Shown here in pieces: positions 38,700 through 51,100 of a stretch of 64,000 nucleotides of DNA (position 1 is its first letter; each line of letters begins with the position of its first letter). The stretch spans positions 1,488,001 through 1,552,000 of the forward strand of contig OZ234494.1 in NCBI GenBank assembly GCA_965153455.1, given 5' to 3'. The notes under the pieces were generated by a model that saw only the letters and a list, made by a program, of their open reading frames with translations, was not told where the DNA came from and searched no databases. The translations under genes and the position numbers were made by a program. The stretch comes from Sphagnum compactum. Its lineage: Eukaryota.

Positions 38700-39560
38700 T
38701 TACCTTCTATCACTACTGTGTTGAGCAATTTGTTGTTGTGAATCAGTCTTGTGGGCCTTGGGTGATTGTTCTTCTAATAGCCGCAAAGTGCAAGATTCCA
38801 TAGATGTCAGCTCTTCAGCAGTTGCCATGCCACTGGCTCGCCACCTGACCCTTCCTTTGTTGTCAAGTAAAAACACATACCCAGATAACAAATTGGGTAT
38901 CCCCAATGTCTTCCTGAAGAAATAGGTGTCACCAAACGAATAAGCCACTTTTCTCTGCAGAAGAATTTGTCCTTCTTCTCCTACTACAGCAGCAGCAGGT
39001 GGTTCTGCATCTCGCACCGTCAGTAGAAGCAAGCTCCTGATGGGTTTCAAAGACAACAACCATGATTCTATGACAGAAACCTCGAAGATCTGGATACCAG
39101 TGTTGGATTTAAACATCTTGGAGAATGGCTTGCTCCATGACTCCACCATGGCCTGGGCACTGGCTCGGAATGCCACGCACAAGAGAGTTGGCCCTACATG
39201 ATTTTGCCCTTCCTGGATGGGAAGCTCGAAGGCCGGCGTACCTCCTGGTGACTGCACAATGAGAGATGGAAACTTTGGAGCTGCTGCAATGGGAACCAAG
39301 TTTCTGGCCGCGATACCAAACTTGCCTCCTGTTTTCTTCAGCTCCCTGATGTCATCGAAATAGCCCCGATTCAGCTCATCCCTCAGCCGCGCTTGCTCTT
39401 TCGCCCGAGCCTCTTTGTTGAAAATTGTGAAGATGTTCAAGCTTCTGGAAGAACCTCGATTCGGAGAGCTTTGCAAATGTGAGAGAGAGGAATCCAACAA
39501 TTCATTTTGGCAGCGTGCGACTACTGTCCGAACCAAGTGCCTTACAGGAGCGATTCTCAT
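38700..39560 (-). CDS. ATP10: Mitochondrial ATPase complex assembly factor ATP10-like (286 aa from ATG 39560)
   Basis: Arg-rich presequence MRIAPVRHLVRTVVAR; EQARLRDELNRGYFDDIRELKKTGGK; AAPKFP; LLCVAFRASAQAMVESWSKPF; YSFGDTYFFRKTLGIPNLLSGYVFLLDNKGRVRWRASGMATAEE, typical of plant ATP10. Single ORF; the extreme C-terminus may be spliced (see findings). Confidence 0.88.
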   Translation of the reverse strand: MRIAPVRHLVRTVVARCQNELLDSSLSHLQSSPNRGSSRSLNIFTIFNKEARAKEQARLRDELNRGYFDDIRELKKTGGKFGIAARNLVPIAAAPKFPSLIVQSPGGTPAFELPIQEGQNHVGPTLLCVAFRASAQAMVESWSKPFSKMFKSNTGIQIFEVSVIESWLLSLKPIRSLLLLTVRDAEPPAAAVVGEEGQILLQRKVAYSFGDTYFFRKTLGIPNLLSGYVFLLDNKGRVRWRASGMATAEELTSMESCTLRLLEEQSPKAHKTDSQQQIAQHSSDRR

Positions 39561-39721
39561 GGTTGTGCGACAAAGCTTGCTAAATGAAAACAAACTGGCT
39601 CTATTGCAGCAACAACATGCCTGAGGGCCTGAGGGAATGTGGTGCCCCGCCTTCGCATTCTGGAAAAAATCCGGAACGCATCTGAAGATGAATGGCGAAA
39701 GCTTCGCAGACAAAGAGCTTC

Positions 39722-39737
39722 AAACCCTAACCCTAGG
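39722..39737. promoter_or_regulatory. Telo-box-like motif upstream of ATP10
   Basis: AAACCCTAACCCTAGG ~160 bp upstream of the ATP10 ATG. Function is inferred only. Confidence 0.35.
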
Positions 39738-40419
39738 GACATGCATGTTCTGCTGTCATAGAGCAGTTTTGAACCCACAATCTCTCAATAGAAAATTAAG
39801 GTTCCTACTTAAAAGGGCAAAGGGAGGTATAAAAATGAAAAGGACCAATGTCCTACCAAGAGATATTTATTGCACAAAAGCGTAAATGCACCAACATGCA
39901 TGACGAAAAAGAGCAAATGAGACCTACCAATGGGGACAACAAAAGTCCACAATCAGTTCTAAACTTTTAAGTTGGGTTCTACTTCTTTCTTTCTCAAAAT
40001 TTAGAACTAGCAACTTGATAGTTTTAGGACCAATTTTGGTTTTGTCATTTTCATGATTTAGACCGCGCAAGGTTGAGACTAATGTGGCTCAATTTTTAGG
40101 TTTTTTGAATGCTTTTAATTTTTAAGAGAGCCTAAGGTGGTCCTTTTTTTTTATTTGATTAAGGAATAGTGGATTGAAGCAATCATAAATTTTCAAGCAA
40201 TTTTTTACAGTCAGGATTAGGAGGTTTTGAAGTTTTGAAAGGCAATCACATTCATGTTTATAAATTTGTAATAATATCATTTGTTCTTTTCTTGAAACTC
40301 CAACTTTAAGCCATTAATTTTTCACAATTCTTTTCAAAAAATACACTAAGTTCACAAAAACATTAGCAATAGGTTGTGTACACGTTCCACAAATTCTCTT
40401 CCTCCCCTCGAACTGAAAA

Positions 40420-40820
40420 AATGATATTATCGGCATATTGAAAAATTATTAGCTACCTCGTTCCCCTAGGTAGTAAGATCCCTTTGATATCCCCAAGTTT
40501 GATTGTTTTCTTCAACCATGACATTCAAGACCTTTTCCACAATGACAAATAGGTTAGGAACAAGAGGACACCCTTGCCTCAACCCCTCTACCTATCTCAA
40601 ATGGCCTAGTGATGGCACCATTCAGGCATACCACAACCTTAGCCTCTTTGAAAAGCAACTTCATCATTTCTACAAAATCCCTCACTATATCCATCTTCAA
40701 CATAGCCCTCAACAAAGAATTCCAGCTTCCTTTGTCATAAGCCTTAGCACAATCCAACTTAATAATCCAATGCAGGGGGTACATTCGGCAAGCTACAACC
40801 AGAGTCTCCCCTCCTGCCAT
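40420..40820 (-). mobile_element. L1-type LINE reverse transcriptase fragment, decayed
   Basis: KLDCAKAYDKGSW..LRAMLKM..FVEMMKLLF..VCLNG..FEIGRGV, frameshift, (R)QGCPL.PNLF, then YADI near 40430. These correspond to the non-LTR RT motifs KLDF.KAYD, RGVRQG.PL.P.LF and YADD. Confidence 0.8.
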
Positions 40821-43099
40821 TGATGTCCTTCAAAGGTCCAGGTCTACTAGGCTTATTGCCTGCAACATGCCCACCTCCTTTAACTCTTTCATGGCTGGTA
40901 GGTGACAGCTGCAGCCTGATTGCATCAATGAATTAGTCACCTTCCTCCTCTGGCACACCAATGTCATGCAAGATGGATAGTGTAGCTGCTGTGTTCACTT
41001 GGGACTTTTTTGGCATACCAGTTGTTTGAGTATGCATACCATGTTGCTTGGGTGTCTATTGAGATAAAGGTGTTGCTGCAGCAAGTTGTATGCTACTTGA
41101 GCTTGTTGGGCCTAGTTGCTGTGGGATTGAGGAATTTTGCATCATCCGTAAGGCACACAATGAGTCAGCTCCAGAAGTCCCCTCTCCTTCCAAAAGAGTT
41201 TCATGTGCCTGCTCATCTTGAGGATCCCTGATGACATCTCACACACTTCACCATTTTCTTCCTCATTTTCCAATTCTTCTGCAAACCTTTCTAGGAGACC
41301 ACACCATAGGAGCTGTCTCAGAATGCTCCACAATTTCTTGTTCAGCTGGTAGTGGCAGTTCAGAGGTCAGCACCTTCTCATCCTACTTGCTCCTAAAACT
41401 TGCTGCCCAGGAAGAGGTGACTGGGTATGCTGCTCCAACTGCTTATTCACTTCGTGTTTCTCTGGCAAGAATTCAACAATTTGAGTAGGATGGGGCTCCT
41501 CTTCATTCCTTGAGCTAGCCCCATCCTTCTGAATTAGCTGATCCTTCTTACTCATATCAGCAACCTTGGGTTTGTGCGGACTTTTCTTCCTCACGACTTC
41601 TGTAAATCCAACACCATCCCCTTTGGTTAAGGCAACATGTAGTCAAGAGGCCATCTTGTTTCTTTGGGGGAAAGGGGTGGGAGAGGAACTATGAAGATAA
41701 TGGAGGATCCCATTTTTTCTCTTTTGGGGAAGGGCATTCAAGAGGCCCATTTTTTTATTCCTTTGAGAAGGGGAGGAATAAGGAACTAAGGGGATATGGG
41801 ACAATCCAATTTTTCTTGTTGTGAGGAGAAGGAATTGTGAAGATATGAAACAATCTCCTTTTTCACTTTTTTGTGGGAATGGGAAGGAAATGTGAGGATA
41901 TGACTATTGTAGTGTTTCCGTTTCATCATAATTTATCTCGTAACCTTTGTTCACAATTTCAATCTTATAAACTATATAAACAAATAGAAAGAAAGATCAC
42001 ACAATAGTGACTTCCACTCAATAAAATTGAGGAAATTGAGGAGGCACCGTCCACATAAGGTTCCTCAATTTGAATCACCAGGCATAAGGTTCCTAAATTT
42101 TAAGGTGCCCAAAATTGAGGAAACTCATGCAATATGGTGCCTTGCCACGCCTGAAATGAATTACAGCTGTTTAGAAATTCTACCAGATCTTTATGCTGCT
42201 GGGTAAGGACCTCGAATGGGGCCATTTTGGGAATTCAGGTCCTGCTCTCAGCTCCTGCCTAGCGCCAGGCCCTCATTCACAGAACAGCTCCATTCTTGGT
42301 CCTTACCCTACACAGAAGATATCAGTGGACTGAGTAAAAATGAGTGTGTTTTTTTACAATCCATGCAAAGATGGATACGATATAAGTGCACAATTGTTTT
42401 TATGTACCATTTTGAATCCAGGTCTGTATCAAATATGATAGCGCATGTGAAACAGTATCTGATCTACACGGACTGAATTGGAGTGTTGTATGGGAAGCCG
42501 AAATTATCAGTTTGTATATTTTGGTGTCACTTCCATTTTTTGTTACAACAGTATCCATTTTTTGTGTGCTCTTGTAGGGAAGAAAAAGCCCATATCTGCT
42601 TCAGAATATCTTTGAAAGCCTGTAGCAAGAAGTTCCATATGCCTATCTATGATCTGGGTGCATATGGCAATTGGGTTTCTGATGAGTAGTGTTGCACAAA
42701 TTTAATTGATCTTCATTTCAATTCATCACAATTTCCTATGCAATCTCACAATGACAGTACTGCCATAACTATCTAAACTCTTGAAGGATTGAACTAATCA
42801 GGGAAGGATGTCAGTCCATTTGCTCCACACAATAACTTTGGCATCCATCAGTAAAAACATTTCTGGCAAATTTTCACAAATTTTCAAGCTGAAAAATCCG
42901 ATTTGGAACTATGCAAAGGATTGTGAGAGCTGTCATGGGTTCTCAAGAAAGAGGGTGAGTTAGATCGTTGACACATCCAACATACAAACCCCAAACCCTA
43001 AAACAGGGCCAGGAGACGATATGATTGATGATCATTGCTGCTATGTGCACATCATCACAGGAGCATACAGTTAATCATGCACTTGCTGCTACAGCTTTC

Positions 43100-46000
43100 T
43101 GAGGCTCATACTGCAAGCCCAAGCTCACACCAGCCACTTTCTTAAGCATATACACAACTACCTCTGGAGGCCAGAAACCTTCAGCCTGAATAATCAGCAG
43201 AAAATCAAACCCGGGCTTTTAGAGCGCCAAAAAAATCACAGACCAACCTTTGGCCCCTTTCAACACATCAGCTGGCATGGACTGTATCTATTTTGGCAAT
43301 TGCAGACTACTCAGAGTAATTCAACTGTTACATTGCACCAAAGTGTGATCAATCTCATGGAACATGGACTACTTTCTCCGATCCCAGTCCCATCTGGAAA
43401 TAAGGAGGGCATGGAGAATGCTTTGCATGGACTGTTCGGAATACATAATTTTCTGGCAACATTTTTTACTTAGTGGTATGCATCTAAAGACATAGTATGG
43501 TCCAGAAAAACTATACAAGAGTGGCCACATGCAAAGCTCACAGACATACCTGCCATCTGCCGAGATAAGAAGCAGGGCATAAGATGAACTGAAGCTAAGT
43601 TACAGTTTTCTGCTGGCTGTCAATGACTGCTCTGCTCCCAGGCTGCCAAAATCTGAGAAAGCTGTGATACAGATCAGAATTAGCAAAAAAAAAAGAGAAG
43701 TCTATGAGTTTGCAGAGAAATCTCCACCATAACCCTTTGAGGGTAACATGACGACGAAGCAACAAACACCTGTGTCTTAACTGCCTTCTCCTGAATGCAC
43801 CCTACCTTACCTTTTCTGGAATTGAATGAAGAAAATAGGGTCAGAGAAAATTCAATGCAAGATGAAGAAACATTCCAAAGATTCTGGAAAGTCAGTCCTT
43901 GTTTCTTGGTAATGCTGCATGTGCATCCATTACTCCTCCCTCCACTTGGAACCAAACCACAACCAAAAGCTTCCTTTACTTGCATCTTCTGAGAGAGGCA
44001 AGGATTTCCTGAATCATTAAAGATGTGATGATAACAAGCTTTCAACAAGTCAACAGTGTACCAGAAGGTAGTGAATCAATAAGACTGTACTCCATATACG
44101 AAAACTTGCATCACCACTTCATCCTTAGCAGTGAAGTCCATCTTCATCATTTTGTTGAAATGCCCTTGTGTAATGTCTGCAAAGAAAGACAGTGGCAAAC
44201 CATGGAGCCTAACAATCCATAGTCATGTTGCAATTTCACAGAAGAACATGAAGTGCTGGAGGAATCACCAATACTGTTTGTTTCAATACTGAAACACTCA
44301 CTGTAAATTGTCTACATACATACACTCTCCCTTCCAAAAAAATGTACACAATTTGGAGAACAATTGTACATTGTTTTTTAACAAAATTGACTGTTTTTAT
44401 TGTACCTGCTAACCTCCTTTTTGCTACCTACCAACTAGATGACAGTAGGTAGGTCTGAGTCGAACTGTAGTGAACCCACTCTAGACTCAGTTAGGATTTA
44501 TCTCAATTCATTTGTATATATGGGATTTTTTGGATGGTGCACTGGTGGGTGCTAGTTGTTGGGATGTGGACCTTTGAGAAGGACCTAAGTATGAGTGTTG
44601 GGTAGCTTGTGAGCTCCTATATAACACGGTATAAGTATCAAAATTAAGGACCATACCAGTTGTAACATATGCATCAGGTAGGAAGGTTATCCAATCACAG
44701 GTTGATAGTTATGATAAGTGCAGCCCACCTGTCCCCTGCCAATGTAGTTCCAATGTGATGTTTTGAGGAAGCAATGCTGCACTACATTCGTTCATAATAT
44801 GTTGGCCTTGTAGTTCCCATGTGATGTTTTTAAGGAAGGAATGATGCACTATATTTGTTCATATTATGGACTTTGAATTTCGCATGTCCTGTATACAATG
44901 CATAAGACTTCATCCAAGTAGGCCTGCATGTTGTGATTGTAAGTCCCAGCACATAAACCAACTTTCAAATGTGAAGTGAAGGGAAAAAAAAAGTTCTATT
45001 TCATGTGCCAGGGAAAAGTTTTCATGATGAAAGTGGTTCAATGTGCATGCTCTTTCACAGCTTCTCTGTACTCTGTCAAGTGTGTATTCCTACACAAAAG
45101 TAGGGATGGAAAACACAAAAACAAGTTAAAATTTTGTACCTGGAATATTACTGACTATTTACATCTTGAATATACTTGGTATTCAAGAACACCCCATGTG
45201 TGTGCATTGTGTATATGTATGTATGTATATGTACACACTTCCATACATATATATATAGAAATATACATGCACATCTTGTGGAGTTATGCACTAATTGTGC
45301 ACTATGTACATATATTGTGGAAGAGTGTGTGTGTATACCTAGTGTACACAATACAATTAGTGCAAAAACTCCTCAAAATTGTGCATTAACATCTCCATGC
45401 AAACCTGAAGTGGGCTGGTGCTCAAGTTTAATAACGCAAGTGTAATAAAGCTCAAGCTTCATTGCACAACACTAGTCTGAAGTGGTAGCTGGTGGTTACC
45501 TCTTTAATTTTCTGGTCCCATGAAGCCAATGAGTTATATAGACTTGACTTACTGGGGTAATCAGGGTCTCTTTCCATTGGGCTACAATGATCACAACTAC
45601 ACATGCAATAAGCTGCAATCACAGCATCCTAATGGAAAGCCAGTACTCACATGGGCCTTGGTATAACAGTTGCTTAATTCCATCACATAACAGCAATGCT
45701 TAAAGAATTCATAACTAATGAATGTGAATAGATTGACAATCTAGCTCTTTATGGTGACTCACAGTTTGACTCAGTGTTCTCACAACTCCTCCTACATTTG
45801 GTCAATGCAAAGCTGTGAGATGATTCTGAGCTCAGTTAAGTGAAAAAAATGTGATGTAAAAAGCCTCAAGTATCAATTCTGTGATAACAACCCCCTAATG
45901 GAAAGATGTCCGAGAAAAAAAAACCCCATTTAAAAAGGTATTAATCTGAAAATAATTTGCTGACCAGTAAATCTTCGTGAGTGATCACCGTACTAGTGAT

Positions 46001-47390
46001 CCTAAGTTCTGCCTTCAGAGGTTGTAGCATCCCAAAACAACAAGATTTTCAACAGTTTTGTCAAAGCCATTTTCTCGAGTCTGTGGAGGACTTGTAAGTG
46101 TGTGAAGGACTCAGTCAATGTGAAAAGTTCTGCGGGATCCGTAGCACTAGTGCGGGATCCATCAGCGCATTGAACAATTTTCTGTACGACTGCATTAATT
46201 TATGTCTATATTATGCTGTGCCAACAGGAGTTGATCTCAAAACGAGGATCCATTTCTCTAGAGAGCCCTATTAAGAATGCAATTAAACTAACGCCAATAC
46301 AATAATATACAATCGTTGCTAATTCGTTGTATGCACTAGAATATGATCGTGCAGGCTGAAAAATTAGCAACTATGAGAACTTGGTCAGATTGGGTCTCGA
46401 TCTCTGCTGCATGAATCGCACCGGATTACAACATTACAATATGACGCAATTTTTTCCTTCAGGTTTATGATACAGACCCTTCTTATGTCAAAATACAATT
46501 CTGAGCATATGAAGAATCTGCATCATAAACTAGACCAAAAAAATTCTCAAAGTGGCATTCACGCAGCAATATGAGACTGAACGTGTAACCTTAAGACTGT
46601 AACGACTGTGTCCCTGCAGATCATAATTTGAAAATGATCATACGAAGGAGTGACCCAAAAGAAATACAACTTCCCCTAGTCTGTTCAACTCTTGCTTGCA
46701 GATGGGGAGCCTGATTCCCCCCTTGTGCAGCAAACAGAAAACTGTTTAATTCTCTGGAACCCTGCATGCCGCACCACGTCTATTATAGGTGACGCAAAAC
46801 GTGCAGCGAACTGGAAATGCGACCAATCTAGATACAAATTTCTAGCTAGATAGAAATCGCTTTTGGGTATGACAATAATTTATAATTAATGCCATGATCA
46901 CGTCGTCGACCCCAAGAAAGACTGAGCACACTATGCATGCCGGAGACTATAGCAATATGTGTGTGTACTGCAACCGCAACATGAGCGAGGAGAAATGTTC
47001 ATACGGTGCTGGTTCAGCCACGTTCATGAGGAAGTACAAAAAAAGCTGAGTTTTTTCCTTCTATTATTATTATAGGCTTTGCTTTCGTCCTCATGTGCAA
47101 CTTGATGCTTGAACGGACGTTGAAAAAGGGGAAAGAAAAAAGCTGGCAGCTGGCGATGGAACTCCATTTGCGGCTTAATCACACGCACAACACGACAAAT
47201 GTCTCTTTCCTCATCCAGTTAGTTTTTTGTCGCCTCCCCACATTTGGCATTACGGGACACCCTGCTTCTGCAACCTCGCTTTCCTCGTTTGCATTATCGC
47301 AGCGCACCGTTGCCGGTGCCTGCGCACTTGCGCCTGCTCACGTTGTGTTCCACAGCCACTTACCTCGTTACCAGCACTGGCAGACTGGCT
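43100..47390 (-). ncRNA. Possible multi-exon non-coding transcript or heavily decayed gene
   Basis: Strong minus-strand splice signals: donors GAG|GTAAGT (47363), AAG|GTAAGG (43810), CAG|GTATGT (43549); acceptors TCTTTCTTTGCAG (44177) and polyT-CTAAT-..CACAG (43662). The exon starting at 44176 has stops in all three frames. There is no expression evidence. Confidence 0.3.
44743..44864. repeat. Tandem duplication, ~66-bp period x2
   Basis: TGTAGTTCC(A/C)ATGTGATGTTTT..AGGAAG..AATG.TGCACTA.ATT.GTTCATA occurs twice. Confidence 0.75.
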
Positions 47391-47391
47391 T

Positions 47392-48176
47392 GGCCACAGT
47401 GGAGGTCCTGCAGCCACCCACCAGTGCACCATCCACTGGACGTCCGTTCTTACTTAGTTGTGGATGAACCTCAACCCATGCCAGTTAATATTTGGTTTCA
47501 CCTTGGTAACCAATTCTGTAGGAAATATATAGGCCTCATATATATATATGCATGAAATGTCCATCCAGCTTAAATAGACGGATGATGGGATGGATGAAAT
47601 GTTCGTCCGGTAATAGACGGATGATGGGATGCATGAAATGTCCATCCGGTTGGATGACGGGACGGATGACGAGACGGATTAAGGGGAAGCTTCACGACGT
47701 CCTTTACTATATATAATAATATAGGTAGATAGGTAGGAAAATATGTAACAAGTAAGTAAATGATTTATACATAGGTAAGGGCTGTTTTTAGTACCTACCT
47801 ACCCACAACTAGCTTGTGGGTTGTTAGTAAATAGGCAGTTAAAAAAAGTAACTGAGCTAACCATGGTGGTTAGCTCAGTTGCTTTTTTGTTTGTTTTTTT
47901 TCCTACCTACCTACTAACAACCCACTGTTAGTAGGTAGGTACTAAAAGCAGCCCTTTACCTTTGTATAAATCATTTACTTACTTACTTGTTACGTATTTT
48001 CCTACCTATCTACCTATATATATATATATATATGAGGCCTATATATTTCCTACAGAATTGGTTACCAAGGTGAAACCAAATATTAACTGGCATGGGTTGA
48101 GGTTCATCCACAACTGAGTGAGTAATACTGGACATCCAGTGGATGGTGCCCTGGTGGGCGCTTGTTCACTATGGCT
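47392..48176. mobile_element. Foldback (palindromic) non-autonomous DNA transposon / long hairpin
   Basis: 47417-47549 pairs with ~48020-48158, including a ~90-bp perfect stretch, and ~47718-47863 pairs with 47867-~48020. The centre is AACTGAGCTAACCA-TGG-TGGTTAGCTCAGTT. Termini GGCCACAGTG / CACTATGGCT. Confidence 0.85.
47550..47712. mobile_element. ~160-bp insertion in the (TA)n tract of the foldback left arm
   Basis: Has no counterpart in the right arm. Built from ATGCATGAAATGTCCATCC / GACGGATGATGGGA repeats, ends GGGGAAGCTTCACGACGTCCTTTAC, and is flanked by TA runs. Confidence 0.65.
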
Positions 48177-51100
48177 GGCAGACTACATTCAGGGAAAAGA
48201 CACACAATAACGTGTTTGAATAAAAGGAAGTTTTGCAGCTGATTGGGTACTAAGTTTAGAAGCAACCCTTTTGGCACACCTTTTTAAGGGTTCTCTTTTG
48301 GCTTTGGTGTAAAGGTGAAGCACAAGGGCGAGGGCATTACTGAAACAAAGGCCTGTCCAATTTTGATAATAATGCCTTCTTCACTCACCACATGCTTTAC
48401 CTAGCTAAAATTATCATTTGAAAATGTGACTAGAATGAAATCATTTCAAATATGACTAAAGAATAATTATGCAAATGATGTGAACAAAATGATGTGTCAT
48501 TGTATAAACAATGTGGTCATACAAATATTTTACAATGATTCAAAAATGAATAAAATTTATAATTTCAAAAAATTAGTTAACATTTTAATATTTATTATTA
48601 CTATCATTATTATTAAATTAAAATGTTTAGATTAAATTTGTACATCATATTTAATATGACTCATATAAAAATTATATATATATAATTGATTTATAATCCA
48701 TTTATAAATTTTTATGTGGATAAATTATATGAATTCATACATCCAAATTAAAAGTTATTGGTAAAATTATGATATATTGGAAAAAAAATTGTATAATATA
48801 AATTCCTAAATCAAATGAAGGTTTACGATATGAAAGATATATTTTATTTATTCATGTGTTAGCCACAAAGGTTTTTCCATTTACAGATCATATGTTTGAA
48901 TATTTTTTTCAAAAAAATGGTCATTGAAATGTTATTCAATAACAAAATTAAAATATTTTTTTTTTGAAATGAACTTAAAATTTTTAAAACTTTATTATAT
49001 AATTGTGTACATTATTGAAGGAAATTTATGAATAAATTTTAATTTTTTTCATTTGGATAAATTATCAATAAGATATGAATTATCAAATTTAAGGTTTTAT
49101 TTAATTTTTAAATGAAGTATGGTCTAAATAAAATAAACACTAGAATATTTACACAACAAGTGGGGTGGCTTGGTGGTGAAAGAGTTGAATTTTATCCTTA
49201 GGGTCCAAAGATGAAACTTCACAAATGACATTTGTTGTGGTCAACATTTAAATATTGACCAAATATTCTATACCTAAGTTACGTGGTCATTTAGACAAAC
49301 CTAAGTACATAGATTAAATGATTTATTTAATCATTTAAGTTAAGTTTTTAACTTAAGTGGTGACCCTAGTCAACAATTGATACGATGAAAAATAATGAAA
49401 TTAAGAATAATTAAAATAAAATTCATATCTTATTTATATTATATCTAATAAATTTTTAATTATAAATATTTTTAATTTAGAAAATACTGCTACCCAAGTT
49501 TTTTAGTCTAATTATTAGTAATAAAAAATAAAATAAACAATGACTAAATTATCATTACTGATTTCACATATGTCTTTTATGACTAATGGATGTTATCTAT
49601 CACATCATGTTTTAAATGACTATTGTCTTAGACAATTCATTTGGGATGACTTTAAAATTATAAGTCATTTTTGTTGTTTATAATTAAAATATTAATTATA
49701 AATTCAGTCATATATTTGAAGATTTTATTAATGTTTTACTTTGCAAAAGTAATATGACCCAATGGACCGGCACATGCATTGAGAAGGTTTATACAAATTA
49801 GAAACTCAAGCTTCACACTCCATTTCTTGCTCCATTTGTTGTAAATATTTCAAATGTTTATTCACAATTTCCATTCGAAATGGAATTAGCAATATTGTAA
49901 GCCTTTCTATTTGGTTCTCATGTTTGACATACCTTGTCAATGTGAAAGTTGATGTAATCATTCTTACATAACATCATGAACTTATGTAAACCAATAATAT
50001 ATAATCCCCAATTTGTTTCCCCTGACAACCAATAATGCACTAAAATCCCTCCAAAGAGGGTGATGTTAGTTAAGTGCAAAGGATATTGTGGAATAGGCAT
50101 AAATATTTTTTTCCATCATATCAATTTGAATATTTAACATAACATGTAAGCTTGAACAACAACCAACTTAGAAAGAGTGGTAAGAAATCCAATGCAATCA
50201 ATATCACATGTCAGCGACATATCAAGAAACACAAAACAATAGAATTATCCCTATAGTCACCTTGTCTTCACCATCTCTTTCACCCCCTATCCCCTCTTTC
50301 AATGGTATTCGCAAAGTAAGGAAATTTTATTAAATCTTAGTATGTAATGCTGAAATCCAACATTTAATGCACAAGGTTCGAAAGTAATTATAGTAGTTGT
50401 ATAAATAGGTGTAGTGAAAATATATGTAGCAATAGTTGAGATGTTCAGGAAAAAGAAAAGATAGGATGAAACTCAGTTTACCACCAAAATTGGTGGAAAA
50501 TTTAGTTTGAGTCCCAATTATTTCATTTTGTAAAATTTTCATTCCCAATTATGCATTTGATGCCGTATTATGCTGAAATTGACCATTCTCACCCCATAAT
50601 TGTGTGACTTTATGGATAACTTTCATAGTTAAAAGGATATTGAAGAACACCCAATTTTTCTTACTAAAAATCAATTGAGATCCATTACACACCTTTGCCA
50701 GCTCAACCAACAAGAAAATTTGTACTTAGGTCATTTACAAATGAAATATTTTTAAAAATATTCTAAAATAAACATTCACCTAAGTGGCAAGGTTGGCTCA
50801 TGTTAATGTGAACTCATCCAATTCTATTTTCAATTACAAACAATGTGTAGCTTGATACACTACAGTAATTTTGTTCATGAAAACCACATTGGAATATGTG
50901 TGTAAAAACATTGCATTACATCTAAAACATATTTTTCTTGATTTCACATGTTGGCTAATGTATGACAGCAAAGATTTTTTAGAATTTCAAATATTGCTTG
51001 AATTGGAAGGACAACATAACCTATTTTCTTAAAATCATGATCCAATGGTTATATAGTTGTTGTGTATGGGGATACAATGATGCAAAGGGAATTATTAGAG

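Noticed and set aside
39561-39713. N-terminal extension of ATP10 in the ORF track
   Set aside because: It starts at TTG. The first ATG (39560) begins a plausible mitochondrial presequence. The same applies to the XXT extension 31832-31951.
47395-48173. RAG/Transib-like CACAGTG heptamer at the foldback ends
   Set aside because: Other family copies read CAGAGTG, TAGAGTG or CATAGTG, the TIR extends outward to GGCC, and there is no 5-bp TSD, so the match is likely coincidental.
49158-49230. tRNA/SINE-like head (also ~17950-18012)
   Set aside because: Only vague A/B-box resemblance; no cloverleaf can be built.
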